Source: an uncultured Verrucomicrobiae bacterium
Lineage (GTDB): Bacteria > Verrucomicrobiota > Verrucomicrobiia > Chthoniobacterales > JAFAMB01
Assembly (NCBI GenBank): GCA_963762565.1
Contig: CAVXLD010000004.1
Location: 96,001-160,000, forward strand
Direction: 5' to 3'
DNA length: 64,000 bases
Made by a program: the position numbers and the translations under genes. Within the stretch, counting starts at the first letter, position 1. Each line of letters opens with the position of its first letter. This document shows positions 59,754 to 64,000 of this stretch, piece after piece. The notes beneath the pieces are model-generated. The model was not told the DNA's origin. It saw only the letters and a list, made by a program, of their open reading frames with translations, and ran no database searches.

Positions 59754-62717
59754 TTACTGCCTAATCATGGGAACCCCCGTGCTAATCGACGGAGGCGCAG
59801 TCAGGCCCCACTTCGTGTTGGGGGTGGATTGGAGGCTCACACTCAACGAGCCGCCGGCTTGTATCTGACTCGCGGTTATCCAAGGATTTGTCTGCGAGAT
59901 GCCACTAAGTTCCGCTGAACCGATATAAACGTCGGTATCGGACTCCTTGGCAGCTTGGAATATGAATTCTTTTCCTGGATATGGAGAGGTCAGGGTTAGC
60001 ACCACTCGCGGGAATAACGGGCTGGTTAGCTCGAAATAAGGTAATGACGGATCGACTTGATAGATGCCCAGAGCACTGAGCACAAACCAAGCACTCATGG
60101 TTCCTAAATCATCATTGCCCGGGATACCGCCAGTGGTCGTGTTGTAAACTTGGGTCTGCAAGAGCCGCGTCACGGCTTGCGTCTGCCAAGGTTCACCGCT
60201 GTAGATATATAAAAACGGAGCCTCGAGATCGGGCTCGTTATAGGCGTTGTAATACGCGCCTTCGAAGTTGAATTGTAACGTTGGATCGTTGAAAAACGTG
60301 TCCAGGCGTTGGTTGAACGTACCGGCTCCGCCTTGGAGTTGGATCAGCGCAGCTTCATCCTGTGGGACTAACCACAGATAATGCCAGGCGGATCCTTCAA
60401 TGTATCCATCATAATAGTTTGCTTCGATCAAAGTCGGATCGAAATTTGCCCGCCAGCTTCCATCCGGATAACGCGGCTCAAGGAAGCCGGTGGACGGATT
60501 ATAGATATTAGCCTCTTTGGTAGCCAGGCTCCGCAATTTCACTGCGTCGGCCGACTTGCCCAGAGAATCGGCAACCGTGGCTAACGCGGCGTACGATTCC
60601 ATGTCCTCTTCCATGGTGGACGGATCGGTAAGCCAACCGACCTTTTGGATCACTTCTGCGTCACCGCTCATCGCTTCCTGCCACATCCCTTTATAGGCAG
60701 TCCCGATATCGAAGTTATGCAGGCCCGCATTCCAGATCTCCGAGAGAATGATGGTCATCGGATAACCGGTCATTACTCCGGTGGGGAAATTAGCGAATGG
60801 CCAACGATCCATGTACCCAAGCTGCTCGTACATCTCAACGATCGTCTCGGCCAGGTCCTCTGCCATTTTTGGTTCAACTAAGGTCAGAAGAGGAACTTCA
60901 GAGCGATAAATATCCCAACCCGAGATATTGGCATAAATAGCATTATGCCCCGATGGCACTGTGTGAACCTGTTGATCATAACCAAGATAGCGGCCATCAA
61001 AATCGCTCCAGGTTGTTGGACCTAACAGCGCATGATAGAGCGCCGTATAGAACACAGTATAATCAGCATCTATGCCGTTGCTCGTTGCCTTGAGTTTGCT
61101 CAATTCCTGTTCCCAAGTGGCTTGGGCCGCAGCCGCGACCGTCGCGAAATCAAAGTTAGGAATTTCTTGAGTAACATTGTTCTTGGCGCCATTTGCGTCG
61201 ACGTAGGAAATTCCGATCCTCGCCTGGACCACAAGCGGTGAATTAGAGCTCTGCGGGAACGTAACGTAAGCGCCGACCTGGGTACTGGAATCAGATTGGG
61301 TCGCACTAGATGAGCCGGGTGTAACCGTGCTGTTTGTCCAGGTGCCATAAGCTTGGAAGGGCTGATCAAACTGCATACAAAAATAAACCTTTACGTTCCC
61401 TCCCCAATTTCCCGCGACTACATACCCGTCTATCTCGTTGTTTCCGGTGATTTGGACTTGCGCTGATTGGCTCGATTGGGTCGCCGTCTGGCTGATGGGG
61501 ACCATTACATTTGCCATTTGTCCGGCAGGAAACGTGAACCTGGCCATCGCCGAATGCAGCGCGCTGGTAACCTCTACATTCGTAAGCCAATTCCGGAGAA
61601 ACACTTGATAGTACCCGGGAGATGCCGATTCTCCGGCAGTAGAGAATGGAGAACTGATCTTGGTGGGATCGGTAAACGCACCCGTGGTGGCGGTGAACCA
61701 AACATCACCATAATCAGGGATCCCTGGACCGCTGAGCATGTTCAGCGCCAACGCCTGCAGAGTGGTCGGCGTATTCTCATCGTAACCACCGATCTGGTTC
61801 ACATCATCTATTGGAGTCGCCTGCACCATTCCGAATGGAACCACTGCTCCAGGGTAGGTATTTCCGCCGTTACCGGTACCGATGAATGGATCGACCGACG
61901 CAGAAACCGGTACCTTGCCGATGGGCGGAGCACTTTCAGGGGTTTCATCCCAGGTCCACGCCACAATGTTCTGGATGGAGGTCAAGTCTCCACAGGCACC
62001 CGTGAAACCGGCGTAAGCGCTGGTTGCTCCGATGAAGGATTTCAAATTGACCTTATAGTCCTGTCGCGCCGATTTTCCGATCGTGGTGTCGGTCTCGATC
62101 ACGGTCAAAGTTTTGCCATCATAGTAGACATCCACGTTGACTTGATCACCCGCGATCATGTCGATCCCACTGTGATTGAAGTTCGATTCCCAGAAAGGAG
62201 AGACACTGCCGTCGGCAATAAAACTCGTTGTCGGGATCAGAGTTCCGTTTCCATAAATGTCGAACGCCACCGCCGCACTGTGACCGATATCAGCGAACCC
62301 GAGGTTGCTTCCCTGGCCCGGCGCGCCAAGCGCCGTGGTAGCATCGTTCTGCAAACAGAAAGTAAATCCGTCTGCGGTCGCGTTGCTCAATTGTATAGTG
62401 AAGTGAGTTGAGAATTTACTGGTACTGACCTTTTGAGTGTAAAAGGCGCTTCCATTTTCGTTCGGCGATCCGTTTACCAACTGGATGGCGCCGTTAACTA
62501 TCTGGGCGCTACCGTTGACTTGAGAATCCGATATCGGCGAGATCGTTCCGCCGGCGACCAACGGCGACGCGCTAAGCATCAAACCGGCCGTTGCTAAAGC
62601 GAGGGAGCGAGTGGTTTTGCCGAGGCTTGCTGCAGCAAGATGCGCCGTCGTGATTTGCGACGGTCGTAGACGTAGCCTTTGTTCAAGACGTCCGTGTGAT
62701 GGGGCTTTGTTTTTCAT
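59754..62717 (-). CDS. GH92 alpha-mannosidase with N-terminal legume-lectin-like domain
   Basis: ADGFTF...GFTGACG lectin motifs; VDPFIGT, PGAVVPFGMVQ, GWDIYRS, NEPD and GNDDLGTMSAW. Confidence 0.93.
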   Translation of the reverse strand: MKNKAPSHGRLEQRLRLRPSQITTAHLAAASLGKTTRSLALATAGLMLSASPLVAGGTISPISDSQVNGSAQIVNGAIQLVNGSPNENGSAFYTQKVSTSKFSTHFTIQLSNATADGFTFCLQNDATTALGAPGQGSNLGFADIGHSAAVAFDIYGNGTLIPTTSFIADGSVSPFWESNFNHSGIDMIAGDQVNVDVYYDGKTLTVIETDTTIGKSARQDYKVNLKSFIGATSAYAGFTGACGDLTSIQNIVAWTWDETPESAPPIGKVPVSASVDPFIGTGNGGNTYPGAVVPFGMVQATPIDDVNQIGGYDENTPTTLQALALNMLSGPGIPDYGDVWFTATTGAFTDPTKISSPFSTAGESASPGYYQVFLRNWLTNVEVTSALHSAMARFTFPAGQMANVMVPISQTATQSSQSAQVQITGNNEIDGYVVAGNWGGNVKVYFCMQFDQPFQAYGTWTNSTVTPGSSSATQSDSSTQVGAYVTFPQSSNSPLVVQARIGISYVDANGAKNNVTQEIPNFDFATVAAAAQATWEQELSKLKATSNGIDADYTVFYTALYHALLGPTTWSDFDGRYLGYDQQVHTVPSGHNAIYANISGWDIYRSEVPLLTLVEPKMAEDLAETIVEMYEQLGYMDRWPFANFPTGVMTGYPMTIILSEIWNAGLHNFDIGTAYKGMWQEAMSGDAEVIQKVGWLTDPSTMEEDMESYAALATVADSLGKSADAVKLRSLATKEANIYNPSTGFLEPRYPDGSWRANFDPTLIEANYYDGYIEGSAWHYLWLVPQDEAALIQLQGGAGTFNQRLDTFFNDPTLQFNFEGAYYNAYNEPDLEAPFLYIYSGEPWQTQAVTRLLQTQVYNTTTGGIPGNDDLGTMSAWFVLSALGIYQVDPSLPYFELTSPLFPRVVLTLTSPYPGKEFIFQAAKESDTDVYIGSAELSGISQTNPWITASQIQAGGSLSVSLQSTPNTKWGLTAPPSISTGVPMIRQ

Positions 62718-63221
62718 TGCGGTTTAAGCAAAGAAAGGAGGGCTTCGGGATGAGGCCTTCCTTGGGTTTATAAGAGCTCAACAACTCTGCGTTGAGCTAG
62801 GAGGAGGAAAGATAAATGGCGTCCGCCGCGCGACCGTGGACTTGGAGGTACTTCCCGCGAGAATCCTGGGGGAGACATATGAACGCATTTTCAATCGATC
62901 CATGGTTGAAAAAGAGTTGGTGCACCGAACACGCCGGGAGAAGTGGCGCTGTTAACGCACTCTCTGGACGGCATCCTTGCTGGCGATTCAACCGGCCATC
63001 AGGCCGAGAGGACACTGGCTCCTGCTCTCAGATCTAATAGGGTCTGGGGGGTAAACGTCAGAAAGGAGTTTCGGAAGCGAGCCGTTATTATTCCATTCAA
63101 TCGAATAAGACAAGGCAAAAACTCACCAAATATGCAGAATTCATTGGTTTATTTGCCTAATTTCCGATGTACTATCCTGACGATTCATTCCACTTAATGG
63201 AATCTCGTCGGCCGGTTCTTT

Positions 63222-64000
63222 ATGATCCCTTCTGGTACCAACCTTCTCAAGGTCAAAGACTACAATCTCGCAGTCGTTCTCAATCTGATTCGAAAATGCA
63301 AACCGATTTCGCGCCGCGACATTTCTGACCGGACCGGTCTCAGCTTCCAAACCGTTACCAATATCACCGGTAATCTGCTCGATTCCGGTCTCATCCGAGA
63401 AGGCGCCGAACCGCTAGGAGATGGTGTTCGGCAATCGCGCTCACTTGAAATCAATCCGAATGCTGCCTATGCCGTCGGGATTCATATTGACCGGGCCAAG
63501 CTCACGATCGTTCTCACGAATTTCGATGCCCAGGTTCTCTGGCGCAGCCGAACTCCAATGACCGCCGATTTGAATGCGCAGGCGGCCATGGCTGTGATTC
63601 AACAGGCCATTAACGAGGCGTTATCAAATACAGGAATTACCAGAGAATCAGTGCTTGGCGCAGGCCTCGCAGTACCGGGGCCGTTGGACATCGAAGCCGG
63701 TTGTCTACTGGCGGTTCCCAACCTGAGAGACTGGGTCAACCATCCAATCCGCTCTGAGCTCGAAGAGCTATTGCGATTTCCCGTGGTATTGGATGAAGAC
63801 GTAACCGCCATCATCCTCGGAGAACAATGGTGCCGGCACGGAGATAATTACCTTAATGTGTTGTATCTCTATGTCGGGATCGGGATCGGCCTGGGTATTT
63901 TGGTTGACGGTCACCCGGTGCGAGGCTGGAGAGGCAACATCGGTCAGATCGGGCATATCGTCATTGACCCAAATGGGCCGCGGTGTCATTGCGGAAAACG
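63222..64000 (+). CDS. ROK family transcriptional regulator (runs off the window end)
   Basis: Hand translation: HTH ISRRDISDRTGLSFQTVTNI, AVPGPLD, GIGLG, IGHI and CHCGKR. Confidence 0.9.
   Translation, partial: MIPSGTNLLKVKDYNLAVVLNLIRKCKPISRRDISDRTGLSFQTVTNITGNLLDSGLIREGAEPLGDGVRQSRSLEINPNAAYAVGIHIDRAKLTIVLTNFDAQVLWRSRTPMTADLNAQAAMAVIQQAINEALSNTGITRESVLGAGLAVPGPLDIEAGCLLAVPNLRDWVNHPIRSELEELLRFPVVLDEDVTAIILGEQWCRHGDNYLNVLYLYVGIGIGLGILVDGHPVRGWRGNIGQIGHIVIDPNGPRCHCGK

Noticed and set aside
61467..62411. 314-aa plus-strand ORF
   Set aside because: Antisense shadow of GH92 with no motifs; the same applies to other long antisense ORFs over sulfite reductase, accA and uvrB

Overview
Bacterial chromosomal window, probably from a soil Verrucomicrobiota/PVC organism (inferred from gene content, integrase style and repeat families; not verified). 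There are three layers. (1) A ~15 kb integrative element (2024-17053) sits in the 3' end of tRNA-Gln(UUG), bounded by an exact 44-bp att duplication. It carries a tyrosine integrase, an excisionase-like HTH, an iteron-like array, a frameshifted prohead-protease/scaffold-like gene and a candidate HEPN gene, but no recognisable capsid, terminase or tail genes, so it looks satellite-like or defective. (2) Core and metabolic genes: glycogen debranching enzyme, VapBC, gpmI, sulfite reductase, an arabinoside ABC/GH51 cluster, dapA-dapB-folK-panB, accA, acpP, uvrB, a CopC/CopD copper cluster, GH92 and a ROK regulator. These are interspersed with several families of REP/REPIN-like and short-unit inverted repeats. 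(3) The highlight is a complete IS1111-type IS110 element (45705-47314) inserted into a REP arm. Its 3' non-coding end can be read by eye as a bridge/seek RNA: one stem-loop carries guides matching both sides of the REP target, and a second carries guides matching both sides of the predicted IS circle junction. Coordinates not taken from the ORF track were counted by hand and may be off by a few bases. Family assignments come from motif recognition, not database searches.
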